Positions 9,532 to 18,355 of a DNA stretch of 64,000 nucleotides are shown here, piece after piece; within the stretch, counting starts at the first letter, position 1; every line of letters starts with the position of its first letter. Location: positions 1,718-65,717 of the IMG/VR virus record IMGVR_UViG_3300009702_000026. One strand, written 5' to 3'. A program made the position numbers and the translations under genes. Origin of the DNA: a virus. A model generated the notes under the pieces. It did no database searches. It was not told the origin of the DNA and saw only the letters and a list, made by a program, of their open reading frames with translations.

Positions 9532-10185
9532 ATGGGCGACCTGGTAGCTATGCAGCGCAAGATCAACGTCTCGGTCAGTCGGTTCGGCCGGGTCTTCGCG
9601 TTGGAGTGGAAGGCGGGTCGTACCCCGCGCATGTGTGAGCCCGCAGCCACGCTGACAGTGAACGGGGAGTTCCTCGCATGGTGTGCGATCGCGTTCCACG
9701 ATCCCGACGACTGGAGCGAGGTGTACGTCTCGCTCTCCGATGACTACCGGCTACTCCACCCCAACGACCTGGGGATCTCCGAGTCGACCGAAGACGACAT
9801 GGACTTTCACTTCCTTGCGGAAGCGGAGGACTATGTGATGGGGCTGATCAACGAGGCGCTCGCACAAAAGCTCTCAGACACCGCTCGGGAGCCTGGGGCC
9901 GAAGACGAGGAGCCGAGCGAGGAGAATGACCCGCTCGCGCTGACGCCCCTCGACCGGGGCAAGCGGGTGGTGAGCGTCTGGCACAACCATGGCGAGCGGA
10001 AGGACCAACTTCCCGACCTCATCTCGATTGAGCTTTACGACGCCCTCCAGTGTGTGGGGTTGGCGCTTGGAGACGTGCTCGATGCGGACCAGGGTGTTCC
10101 CCGAGACCAGTGCGGCGCGCATGTGCGCGAGACGGTCGCGGAGGCCTTGGAGACGTGGCGCGCGGCGGACCTAGAATCGGATTGA
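9532..10185 (+). CDS. acidic hypothetical protein
   Basis: 217-aa ORF in gene-sized gap. Confidence 0.65.
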   Translation: MGDLVAMQRKINVSVSRFGRVFALEWKAGRTPRMCEPAATLTVNGEFLAWCAIAFHDPDDWSEVYVSLSDDYRLLHPNDLGISESTEDDMDFHFLAEAEDYVMGLINEALAQKLSDTAREPGAEDEEPSEENDPLALTPLDRGKRVVSVWHNHGERKDQLPDLISIELYDALQCVGLALGDVLDADQGVPRDQCGAHVRETVAEALETWRAADLESD

Positions 10186-10246
10186 CTATCCGGGGGCTTG
10201 TTGATACGGTTTCGAGCCAAGCCGGATGAGATCTGGCTAGAAGGAG
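10182..10246 (+). promoter_or_regulatory. sigma70-like promoter + hairpin + SD
   Basis: TTGACT(10182)-17-TACGGT(10205); hairpin AGCCGGAT/ATCTGGCT 10220-10238; AAGGAG 10241-10246. Confidence 0.65.
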
Positions 10247-10252
10247 TAGGTG

Positions 10253-10801
10253 ATGGCGAAGTTTCAAGTGGATGTACCTGAGGAGGAGCCTGAGGAGCGT
10301 CCGGGGTTCTCGTTCCGCGGTGCGGATCCGGTCCCGGTGGGTGGGGCGAAGACTCCCGAAGGGAGCCCCCGGCAGAAGACCCTGGAGGCGACGATGGCGG
10401 TTCTCGTGCGCGCGCACGAGCAGATCCAGAACGCCGACACGCAGCTCTTCCTCCTTGCTGAGTTCGTCGCGGGGCTGAAGACAGGTGACCGTCCGATCGA
10501 GGACAACATGGGTCGAGGTGCGAGGATGATCGAGGCAGTACGGAAGCAGTTGATCAACTCCGTTGTCGCGCTCGACCACACGGCCCTCGTGATCGACCTC
10601 GAAGAGCGTGGTGTCCTGGGTCGGCACGACGGTCGGGAGTTCGCTCGGCTCGGCGTCAAGTTGCTCGAACAGACCCAAGAGGAGTACGAGCGGTGGGGGC
10701 TCTCTGCCGAGGCCCCGGGACTTCCCGAGGAGGCGGTCGAGCTGATGCGTCAGGCGGCAGCTCAGTTGGAGTCCGAGGAAGAGAAGGTGTCCGATGAATA
10801 G
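10253..10801 (+). CDS. hypothetical protein
   Basis: strong SD, ~182 aa. Confidence 0.7.
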   Translation: MAKFQVDVPEEEPEERPGFSFRGADPVPVGGAKTPEGSPRQKTLEATMAVLVRAHEQIQNADTQLFLLAEFVAGLKTGDRPIEDNMGRGARMIEAVRKQLINSVVALDHTALVIDLEERGVLGRHDGREFARLGVKLLEQTQEEYERWGLSAEAPGLPEEAVELMRQAAAQLESEEEKVSDE

Positions 10802-11252
10802 CAGGAGCAAGAGGGTCGTCGAGGGCATTCGGAGGCAGGTGAAGGACAAGCTCCTCGCCGACTTCCATGAGGCCCTCCAGAAGTCCGAGGCCGAGGCGCG
10901 ATCGAAGGGTGCTCCGTTCGGGGAGGGCCACCGGCTGGAGATCATGATGGGCTTCGCTCAGGGCTGCATCGCGGCCGGCGCGGAGGTCGCAGCACAGTCC
11001 GGCATACCGTACCTCCACTACCTCTCCGTCTGTGCGTGCATCGGCTCGAAGGCCCGCTCGGTCATGGGGGAGGGCGAGGAGTCCCTGCACCAGCTCTTTC
11101 ACAAGCTCATGAGCACGTTCCCGGGTGGGGACCTCCCGGCGAGTGTGGTCTTCGACTCCGCCGACAGCCCGGTCGAGCTGCTCGAAATGCTGAGAGCGGT
11201 CGGTGTTCCCGATCCGCCGATCGCCCCGAAGACCTCAACTGATGCGGCTTGA
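10794..11252 (+). CDS. hypothetical protein
   Basis: 152 aa, overlaps previous stop. Confidence 0.7.
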   Translation: MNSRSKRVVEGIRRQVKDKLLADFHEALQKSEAEARSKGAPFGEGHRLEIMMGFAQGCIAAGAEVAAQSGIPYLHYLSVCACIGSKARSVMGEGEESLHQLFHKLMSTFPGGDLPASVVFDSADSPVELLEMLRAVGVPDPPIAPKTSTDAA

Positions 11253-11520
11253 CGATACCGACCTCCCTGAGGAGTTGAGCGGGCAGGGGGTCGATCAGCT
11301 CGTGCGGGCTGTCGCGGTGGCGGCCAAGCCCTACTTCGACGAGGGGAGCGACCACGTGGTCGTAGCGCGCCACTGCGGGACGCTGTACGTCGGGACCCTC
11401 GTTCCGAAGCGCTGTGGGAGCTGCGGCGAGGCGGACCCCGAGGCGCTCCGGATCGTGTATGCGCGGCCCGACGAAGAGGGTCCTCACGGCATCCTAATGT
11501 TTCGTGAAGATCCCTCTTGA
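11242..11520 (+). CDS. small CxxC hypothetical protein
   Basis: MRLDDTDL..., PKRCGSCG. Confidence 0.6.
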   Translation: MRLDDTDLPEELSGQGVDQLVRAVAVAAKPYFDEGSDHVVVARHCGTLYVGTLVPKRCGSCGEADPEALRIVYARPDEEGPHGILMFREDPS

Positions 11521-11578
11521 CAATCTCTCGCTAGTTGGTACAAGTGGTTTCGATTCCGCACGTGGTGCGGGAAGGAGG
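11517..11578 (+). promoter_or_regulatory. sigma70-like promoter + 5' hairpin + SD (copy 2)
   Basis: TTGACA(11517)-16-TACAAG(11539); shares GCTAGTTGGTACAA and ATTCCGCA-N5-TGCGGGAAGGAGGAC with 7301-7366. Confidence 0.75.
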
Positions 11579-11583
11579 ACGCG

Positions 11584-11940
11584 ATGATGGAGCTGAGAAG
11601 CAAGCCGATCGCTGAGGCGATCACCAAGGACCGGGACCTACAGGGCGGCTCTCGGTTCATCGAGTACTGTCCTGGGGACGGTACGCGCTACGAGCTGGTG
11701 TTCACCCCGGTGGGTGATGCCCCTTCGGGCACGTCTGATTCGGTACTCGTGACCCTGGTCAACTTTTCTCATAGCCCCTCGATGCTCGTGGAGCGGGGGC
11801 ACGGATTCCTCGCGGTCCAGTTCGTCGAGGAGAAGCTGGGGATCCGCGGCGCGTCCGCGATCACCCTCACGGAGATCATCGCCCGGTTCACGGACCGCGA
11901 TGCCCTCAGCCCGGAGCACTACCGGGCGCAACACGGATGA
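11584..11940 (+). CDS. hypothetical protein
   Basis: 118 aa after strong SD. Confidence 0.7.
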   Translation: MMELRSKPIAEAITKDRDLQGGSRFIEYCPGDGTRYELVFTPVGDAPSGTSDSVLVTLVNFSHSPSMLVERGHGFLAVQFVEEKLGIRGASAITLTEIIARFTDRDALSPEHYRAQHG

Positions 11941-11982
11941 TCCGCCGAGTCCCGGCGGAAGAAAGATAGAAAGGCACACAGA

Positions 11983-13533
11983 ATGGCAAGCAGTAAGAAG
12001 GCAAGAGACGCCGAGGCGGCACCCGACCTCGACAAGCTCGGCAAGCACGGGATCCTCCAGGTCGCTGCGGAACGGGTCGACGGTGTTCGGGTCCGCGACA
12101 AGATCGTGGACGTCCAGCACTCGAAGCAGACGAAGCAGATCACGTTGCCCGACGGCATGGCTGCGGACGACGCGATCGTCTGGCTGATGCGGAAGGACCA
12201 CGAGGAGAACAGAATCGTCACGATCAAGGAGTACGTGGATGCGTACCCCCTCGATGGTGCCTACGCGCTGGCGAAGGCGATGGCGCGCACCTACGGGTGG
12301 ACGAACCTGATCCCGACCCCCGGCTTCTTCGGGCCCAACCCGCCCGAGATGGTCGGCGTTCAGATCAGCCCCGACTCGAACGACGTCGTGCAGGTCCCGT
12401 GGGGCCGCATGGAGGTCCCCGGCGTCGATGGCTTCATCCAGTGCGGGATGTTCCTCAAGGACAACCTGCGACCCGTCTTCCTGATCACCGGTCAGGTGAA
12501 GAGGAAGCACGAGAAGGAGATCAGCAAGCTCGCTCAGTCCTGTCGTGACATCGTGCGCGACGAGAGCATCTACCGGGGCGAGGCGATCCGAGTCCACTTC
12601 CCCGACCCCGAGGAGGCCCAACCCGACGACTTCAACCCGAGGTTCATCGACCTCTCGGGCGTGAAGGCGGAAGAGCTGATCTTCAAGAAGGACACGATGG
12701 ACCTGATCAGGACCAACCTGTTCACCCCCATCGAGAAGACGCAGCTTTGCCGCGACCACGGTATCCCGTTGAAGCGCGGGGTCCTGCTCGCCGGCCCCTA
12801 CGGCGTCGGCAAGACGCTCACGGCCCACGTCGCCGCGAAGAAGTGCCAGGACAACGGCTGGACCTTCATCTATCTCGATCACATCGAGGACCTCCAGGCT
12901 GCGATCTACTTCGCGCAGCAATACAGCCCGGCCATGGTCTTCGCGGAGGACATCGATCGCCTCGTCGCCACCGATCGGGACGACAAGGTCAACGCGATCC
13001 TCAACGTCATCGACGGCGTGGACACCAAGCACTCCGAGGTGCTCATCGCGCTGACGACGAACCACGTCGACAAGATCAACCAAGCGCTCCTGCGCCCCGG
13101 TCGACTCGATGCGGTGGTCTCGGTCGGTCCGCCCGACGCTGAGGCCGCACAGCGACTCGTGCGCCAGTACGGGCGAGGGCTCGTGGCGAGCGAGGAGGAC
13201 CTCACGAAGGTGGGCGACAAGCTCGCGGGCAACATCCCAGCGGTGATCCGCGAGGTGGTCGAGCGCGCGAAGCTGGCTGCCATCGACCGGACCAACCCCG
13301 GAGAGCCCTTCTCGATCTCGGGGTCCGACCTCGTGATCTCGGTGGACTCGATGCTCACTCATCTGGAGCTGCTCGCGCCTCAGCCCGAGGACGCTCGCTC
13401 CGACGTCGAGAAGGCCGCCGAGACCCTCGGAGAGCGCGTGCTCACCGGTATGGTCCAGGCTGCCGAGCAGCGGGTCAGTGGCGTCGCCAAGAAGCAGAAC
13501 CACGGCTCCAACGGAGCCTCCGTCTCTGCGTGA
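11983..13533 (+). CDS. AAA+ ATPase (classical clade-like) with long N-terminal domain
   Basis: Walker A GPYGVGKT, Walker B VFAEDID, TTNH sensor, LLRPGRLD arginine finger. Confidence 0.9.
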   Translation: MASSKKARDAEAAPDLDKLGKHGILQVAAERVDGVRVRDKIVDVQHSKQTKQITLPDGMAADDAIVWLMRKDHEENRIVTIKEYVDAYPLDGAYALAKAMARTYGWTNLIPTPGFFGPNPPEMVGVQISPDSNDVVQVPWGRMEVPGVDGFIQCGMFLKDNLRPVFLITGQVKRKHEKEISKLAQSCRDIVRDESIYRGEAIRVHFPDPEEAQPDDFNPRFIDLSGVKAEELIFKKDTMDLIRTNLFTPIEKTQLCRDHGIPLKRGVLLAGPYGVGKTLTAHVAAKKCQDNGWTFIYLDHIEDLQAAIYFAQQYSPAMVFAEDIDRLVATDRDDKVNAILNVIDGVDTKHSEVLIALTTNHVDKINQALLRPGRLDAVVSVGPPDAEAAQRLVRQYGRGLVASEEDLTKVGDKLAGNIPAVIREVVERAKLAAIDRTNPGEPFSISGSDLVISVDSMLTHLELLAPQPEDARSDVEKAAETLGERVLTGMVQAAEQRVSGVAKKQNHGSNGASVSA

Positions 13534-13616
13534 GGACCTGCGGGCGCCCCTGCCCGCAGGTGTGCCTAGAGCGCCCGGAGGTAGGACCATCCTGCCTCCG
13601 GGCGTTCACTTTGATG

Positions 13617-13643
13617 AGGCCGGCCTTCCCAGGTCGGCCTTTT
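13617..13643 (+). terminator. intrinsic terminator-like hairpin
   Basis: AGGCCGGCCT-TCCC-AGGTCGGCCT followed by TTT; two further hairpins just upstream (13537-13604). Confidence 0.55.
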
Positions 13644-13675
13644 CTCTGGCATCCTTCTGAAAACTCGGAGGAACG

Positions 13676-14527
13676 ATGCTCAAAGGAACAGCTCTCTACA
13701 TTCGGCGCTACTCGAAGAAACGCCACGGCACCCCGAAGCAGCTCGCGAAGAAGTTCGCCGACCATGGCGCGAGCTGGGTCGCGATCGGGGGCCCTTGGCA
13801 TGAGAAGCGCGGGAACAAGATCAGTACGGGCGTTATGAACTCCCCCGAGACCTGCAAGAAACTGTGCGACGCCTTCTACGAGAAGGACGTTGACCCGTTC
13901 ATCTGGGGCTACCCCTGGCAGGGCACTGAGGAGAAGTTCGCCGACCAAATGGATGCGTGCGCCGGAGAGTACAACCTGGGACTGCTCGATCCCGAGCTGG
14001 GTAGCAACCCCCAGCGCGCGTCGAAGGGCCTGGGGAAGCGATGGGCCGACGCGCACGCGGAGAAGGTCGTCAAACTCATGGCCGAGCGGTTCGCAGGAGG
14101 GATCGTCGGACTGAGCACCTACGGGTCGGGGGTGCGTATGGGGTTCTTCCCCCTCTACGCATTCGCCAAGGCCCTCGCAAAGCACTTCCCAGGCGCAGCC
14201 TTTCTCGGGGGCCAGACCTACACGAATGACGCCAGTGTCGATCCGAGCATCGCGGACTTCTTGAAGGCCATCGAGAAGTGCGGCGGCCTCGACGTGCTCC
14301 AGCTCGTTCCGAACTTCGGGACCTACAAGCGCGTGACCCGAGGGGGCAAGCGGCGAGCCGTCGCGAAAACGGGCCCGGAGCTGTACAGCCACTTCGGCGA
14401 GTTCATCGACGAGGGCGAACCGGTTCACGCCATGATCGGTTGGGCTGAAAACTTCATGAACGCTGAACTGTGGCGAGTTTTCGCCCGAATGAGCGAGCAG
14501 ATCGACCGCGGCGCATGTAGCCTGTAA
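13676..14527 (+). CDS. putative GH25-like TIM-barrel peptidoglycan hydrolase
   Basis: GGAGG SD; KG.(l)yi...GaSWVAI...IWGYP...LLDPE (D-x-E) pattern resembles GH25-type muramidases; by eye only. Confidence 0.45.
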   Translation: MLKGTALYIRRYSKKRHGTPKQLAKKFADHGASWVAIGGPWHEKRGNKISTGVMNSPETCKKLCDAFYEKDVDPFIWGYPWQGTEEKFADQMDACAGEYNLGLLDPELGSNPQRASKGLGKRWADAHAEKVVKLMAERFAGGIVGLSTYGSGVRMGFFPLYAFAKALAKHFPGAAFLGGQTYTNDASVDPSIADFLKAIEKCGGLDVLQLVPNFGTYKRVTRGGKRRAVAKTGPELYSHFGEFIDEGEPVHAMIGWAENFMNAELWRVFARMSEQIDRGACSL

Positions 14528-14564
14528 CCCGTCGGAATCGCCGGGGTTCTGGCATATATTTGGC

Positions 14565-14593
14565 TTGAGCCCTAAGGGTCTTCATGTTACAGT
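14565..14593 (+). promoter_or_regulatory. sigma70-like promoter
   Basis: TTGAGC(14565)-17-TACAGT(14588) with TG extension. Confidence 0.6.
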
Positions 14594-14633
14594 AGTCCCT
14601 ATATGCGGGATGCTTCCCGCAGGGAGACTGCAC

Positions 14634-15452
14634 ATGACGATCCGAGTACCACAACCCCCCGAGAAGCACGGCTACTTGCACCCCGCGAGTGCCTTCGGCT
14701 TCATGTCCGCTGACGGCCGCTGGTGGTCTTATGTCAAGCTGTGGATGACCTGCAACTTCCCACCTGCGGGGAAAGCTACTGACACGTATCTGATGCCGAG
14801 TGTGATCGACGCACTGCGGCTGAAGTTCGCCTTCAACCACGACATCCGGAAGGCCTTGGTCGGCACGGGCAAGACGGAGATCCGATCGGGCAAGAAGGGT
14901 CAGGATCACTGGCTCGGCCACGCGCTGATGCAGATCAGGCGCGAGTTCCAGTCGGGCGACTGGGCACTGACTGTGCCCTGGACGCCGTTCACCGAGGCGA
15001 CCTTCCAACAATCCACGACGGATCAACTCGTCCGGACGGCGCACGGCGAGGGCTACGTGGGCGTATTCCTGAACAGCCGCTATCAGGTAGTGATCTCGCA
15101 AGAGCGCGTCGAGGGCTTCTCCGGTCCGGTCGACCACCTCTCGATCAAGCGCTGGGACAAGGCGCCAGCGCGAGATTGGCGAGAGATGCAGCGCATCAAG
15201 AACACGCTGTGCGGGAAGAGCCGCGAAGCGTGCGAGCTGTACCCCGCCGAGGATCGACTCGTAGATACCGCCAACCAATATCACTTGTGGGTGCTGCCAC
15301 CGAAGACGAGGTTCCCCTTCGGCTTCTCCGAGCGTCTGGTCGTCAAGGAGGGCGAGGGGATGCTCGCACCCGGCTCGAAGCAACGGGAGTTCGAGGCGGC
15401 CCCTGAGGACGCCCTCACGCCCGAGGAGCTGGACACCAAGGCGCTGGGCTGA
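14634..15452 (+). CDS. fusion of degenerate NADAR/YbiA-like domain and DUF7694-like domain
   Basis: ALRLKFAFNHDIRKALVGTG...LGHALMQIRRE is YbiA-like; HLSIKR...DWREMQRIKN...ELYPAEDRLVDTANQYHLW is DUF7694-like; AGGGAG SD before ATG 14634. Confidence 0.7.
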   Translation: MTIRVPQPPEKHGYLHPASAFGFMSADGRWWSYVKLWMTCNFPPAGKATDTYLMPSVIDALRLKFAFNHDIRKALVGTGKTEIRSGKKGQDHWLGHALMQIRREFQSGDWALTVPWTPFTEATFQQSTTDQLVRTAHGEGYVGVFLNSRYQVVISQERVEGFSGPVDHLSIKRWDKAPARDWREMQRIKNTLCGKSREACELYPAEDRLVDTANQYHLWVLPPKTRFPFGFSERLVVKEGEGMLAPGSKQREFEAAPEDALTPEELDTKALG

Positions 15453-15868
15453 TGGGAGGGTTCTCCTTCCGTAGCCTCCGGAGCGGCCCCATCGCCTGGA
15501 CGACCGTCGGGCTCCAACAGCGGCGCCTCGTGCTCGAAGCGATGGTGGCCTCGGGTGCCGGCTGGGAGGTCTCCGGGGAGTCCTGCCCCGAGTGCATGTA
15601 CGCTCACGTTACGCGCGCAAGCGCACTCAAGGCGCTGGAGAAGGCGAGGCTTCACGCCTTTCGCAACCCTACCTTCCTCGCAGATGATCCGGTCGCATGG
15701 AAGAGCGGGAAATCTTCTCGCGAGGTGTTCTTCGAGATCCTCAAGGTGCTCCTCGAAGAGCTGGCCGCGATCGAGGATGAGGTGATCGTGATCGAGGACG
15801 ACTACCTCCACTGCACACACCCGAAGATGACATCGCCGAAGGATCGGCGAAGGAGCAAGAAGCGATGA
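15452..15868 (+). CDS. hypothetical protein (CxxC)
   Basis: TGATG coupling, CPEC motif. Confidence 0.6.
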   Translation: MGGFSFRSLRSGPIAWTTVGLQQRRLVLEAMVASGAGWEVSGESCPECMYAHVTRASALKALEKARLHAFRNPTFLADDPVAWKSGKSSREVFFEILKVLLEELAAIEDEVIVIEDDYLHCTHPKMTSPKDRRRSKKR

Positions 15869-16356
15869 ATACCTACACAACCGAGATGGTGGTCGAAGAG
15901 GTCGAGCCCGACCGAGAGAGGCTGCTGGAGGACCTCGTAGATGCGGAGGTCCCCTCGTTCCTCAAGTCCCTTGCGCCGTTCCAGGATGCCTGGTGCGCAG
16001 GGGGCTGGCTGCGCGCGAAGCTGGTCGCGAACGACTGCCCCGAAGAGCGCGTCAGGCGCATCGTCTTCGAGCACGGTCAGCGGTCCTTCCATGACAACCC
16101 CTACACGTGCGCAGCGACGATGTTCAACGCCTTCGTCGAGGGGACTCTCCAGGAGCGGCCCGGGGATGAGCTGGCCCTGGAGCTGATTGGGCACCACATC
16201 GAGCGGCAAGGGGATGCCCTCGTGCTCAAGGTCGGGAGCCCCGAAGTCAAAGCTCGGCTGGAGGAACTGATCGACCGGCTCAAGGGTCTATCGCCTGAGG
16301 AGGTGGAAGCGGAGAAGGAACGCATGGCCCGAGAGTTCGGATTCAAGATCCCATGA
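15865..16356 (+). CDS. hypothetical protein
   Basis: 163 aa, ATGA coupling. Confidence 0.7.
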   Translation: MNTYTTEMVVEEVEPDRERLLEDLVDAEVPSFLKSLAPFQDAWCAGGWLRAKLVANDCPEERVRRIVFEHGQRSFHDNPYTCAATMFNAFVEGTLQERPGDELALELIGHHIERQGDALVLKVGSPEVKARLEELIDRLKGLSPEEVEAEKERMAREFGFKIP

Positions 16357-16982
16357 CCCCGGAACCGAAGCTGACCACCGCACCCACCGCGGAGGTGCTG
16401 GAGAGCTTTCCTGGGCTCATCGCGTTGCAGGTGATCTACGAGACCCATGTGTACGGCTGCACCAAGTGCGGCCTGCACGAAGGGCGCACGAAGATCGTCT
16501 TCGGCTCAGGCAACAGCGAGGGGCCTCCGATCGCTTTCGTGGGCGAGGGCCCCGGCAAAGCGGAGGACGAATCGGGCCACCCCTTTGTTGGCGCGTCGGG
16601 AGAGCTGCTCACGAAGATGATCGAGGCGATGGGACTGGCGCGGGGCGAGGTCTACCTCTGCAACTCCGTGGCGTGCCGACCCCCGGGCAATCGGAACCCC
16701 TCGAAGGTTGAGCTTGCAGCGTGCTGGCCAGTGATGGCCTCGCAGCTCAGGACGGTCCGGCCCCAGGTCATCGTGGCGCTGGGCTCGACCGCCTGTCGCC
16801 AGCTCCTCCAGACGTCCTCGGGGGTAGGCGACCTGCGAAGGGCCTGGCACACCTGGGATGGAATCCCCGTCCGCGCGACGTACCATCCGGCCTACCTGCT
16901 CAGGAAGCCAGAGATGAAGGCCCGGGCCTGGACCGACATGAAGGTGGTGCTGGCCAAGCTCGGACGGGAGATCCCTACATGA
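16353..16982 (+). CDS. udg: uracil-DNA glycosylase, family 4 (Fe-S)
   Basis: CTKCGL, FVGEGPGKAED..G.PFVGASG.LL, NSVACRPP.NRNP, TYHPAYLLR. Confidence 0.92.
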   Translation: MTPEPKLTTAPTAEVLESFPGLIALQVIYETHVYGCTKCGLHEGRTKIVFGSGNSEGPPIAFVGEGPGKAEDESGHPFVGASGELLTKMIEAMGLARGEVYLCNSVACRPPGNRNPSKVELAACWPVMASQLRTVRPQVIVALGSTACRQLLQTSSGVGDLRRAWHTWDGIPVRATYHPAYLLRKPEMKARAWTDMKVVLAKLGREIPT

Positions 16983-16988
16983 GACGCA

Positions 16989-17017
16989 TTGTGGCTGGCA
17001 GCTATGCCCCGTATAGT
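16989..17017 (+). promoter_or_regulatory. sigma70-like promoter, possibly giving a leaderless mRNA
   Basis: TTGTGG(16989)-17-TATAGT(17012); GTG start at 17025 without SD. Confidence 0.5.
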
Positions 17018-17024
17018 CAATCCC

Positions 17025-17255
17025 GTGGACGAACCGAAACGATGTGTCGTGTGTGGGAAGGCAATCCGAGCCAGGCAGCGTGCCTACCGAATCTCCACAG
17101 GGGCGATGAAGCCTCGGGGCTTCGGCGAGCGGGCTCTCTGGGGCTTCGCGCACCATGCGTGCTTCGCGCAGGCGGTGGACTCTCCCAACGCGGTGCTCTC
17201 CGAGCTGAAGCGAGCCGCCGCTAGTGAGCCGGGAGCTGGAGCAGCTACGGGCTGA
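17025..17255 (+). CDS. small Zn-binding protein (CxxC...HxxC)
   Basis: RCVVCGKAI...FAHHACF. Confidence 0.6.
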   Translation: MDEPKRCVVCGKAIRARQRAYRISTGAMKPRGFGERALWGFAHHACFAQAVDSPNAVLSELKRAAASEPGAGAATG

Positions 17256-17433
17256 CCTCGAAGCCTCTGGACTCAAGCCCGGCAGTCCTGCGTTCGAGCG
17301 CGAGGAATGCCGTCAGAAGGTCGAGATGTGCAAGGCCCGGCAAGGGGTTCACTCGTGCTGGGACTGCCGGGCCTTCGACCACTGCAAGCTGATCAAGGCG
17401 CACCTGAGAAATCTCCACAATGTCCGTCCGTAG
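17224..17433 (+). CDS. small Cys-rich hypothetical protein
   Basis: CRQKVEMC...CWDC..FDHC. Confidence 0.55.
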   Translation: MSRELEQLRADLEASGLKPGSPAFEREECRQKVEMCKARQGVHSCWDCRAFDHCKLIKAHLRNLHNVRP

Positions 17434-17710
17434 AAAAATCATCGAGATGCCGAAGGTCCTCCCCCTGGAGGACTCCGTCCTGCTCCTCGAAGTCGCCCGC
17501 TCGCTGGTAGACCACCCAGCGGAGGTGAAGGTCCATCGCGAGGACAACCCGACGTACAAGACACTCACGCTCACGCTCGATGTCCTCCCAGCCGACCGAG
17601 GGAGAGTCATCGGAAGGAAGGGGCGGACGATCTCAGCGATCCGGAACCTGTTCTCAGCCATCGGGCTGATGGACGGGCGGCGAGTCCTCATCAAACTGCG
17701 GGAGGATTGA
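17420..17710 (+). CDS. khpA: KH-domain RNA-binding protein, KhpA/YlqC family
   Basis: LVDHPAEVKV...DRGRVIGRKGRTISAIRNL with GxxG loop. Confidence 0.85.
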   Translation: MSVRRKIIEMPKVLPLEDSVLLLEVARSLVDHPAEVKVHREDNPTYKTLTLTLDVLPADRGRVIGRKGRTISAIRNLFSAIGLMDGRRVLIKLRED

Positions 17711-17770
17711 CTAGCCGGAGACTATTTGGTACGACAAGGAATCAGGTCGGGCTCGACGAGTCCGAAGGAG
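17707..17770 (+). promoter_or_regulatory. sigma70-like promoter + hairpin + SD
   Basis: TTGACT(17707)-17-TACGAC(17730) after TGG; hairpin 17747-17765; AGGAG 17766-17770. Confidence 0.7.
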
Positions 17771-17776
17771 ACAGAC

Positions 17777-18355
17777 ATGTACGAAGCGATCGAAGAATGG
17801 ATGGACGCTGAGCTGCACCCGTTGGTAACGGGGCACGCGATGACCGGCGACCTACGAGACATGGGCGAGGAAGAGATCCTCCAAGCCTGGACACTGCTCC
17901 GCTGTGCGGGCGACTTCATCGCGAAGCGCCTGGACGAGATTCGAGCTGTGCTGCTCAAGGAGGCCGCGGAGTTCGGTCAGGACACGGACAAGGGCGGGCA
18001 GCGACTCTACGTGGGCCGACATCTGGTGCTGCGCGAGAAGCGCGTGGCGAAGCTGCCGGAGGCCGACAAGTTCAAAGCGCTCATGGAGACGGCTGGTCTG
18101 AAGTTGGACCAGGCGTACACCAAGAAGACGACGACGGTTCTCGACCCCTCGAAGATCGAGAACCTGATCAACTTGGGCAAGCTCAACACCAAGGCCGTAG
18201 ACAAGATCAAGAAGGTCACATGGGCCCTGCGTGTGAAGCCCGACCCAGACCTGGAGACGGTGCTTGACGAGGCGTTCGGTCCTGGTGAAGACAAGCTGCC
18301 TGACGTGCAGCCGCGAGCAAAGCGCTCCACCGCGGAGGGGGGTCGTAAGTCATGA
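17777..18355 (+). CDS. hypothetical protein (coiled-coil, basic)
   Basis: SD-supported ATG 17777, ~192 aa. Confidence 0.7.
   Translation: MYEAIEEWMDAELHPLVTGHAMTGDLRDMGEEEILQAWTLLRCAGDFIAKRLDEIRAVLLKEAAEFGQDTDKGGQRLYVGRHLVLREKRVAKLPEADKFKALMETAGLKLDQAYTKKTTTVLDPSKIENLINLGKLNTKAVDKIKKVTWALRVKPDPDLETVLDEAFGPGEDKLPDVQPRAKRSTAEGGRKS

Noticed and set aside
11638-13590. 650-aa minus-strand ORF
   Set aside because: Exact antisense shadow of the AAA+ ATPase. Strong GC3 bias removes stops on the opposite strand, and the product has no motifs.
16997-17021. Minus-strand promoter TTGACTATACGGGG resembling the 10182 element
   Set aside because: No acceptable -10 at 16-18 nt and no minus-strand gene to drive. 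The same bases form the -10 of a better plus-strand promoter.
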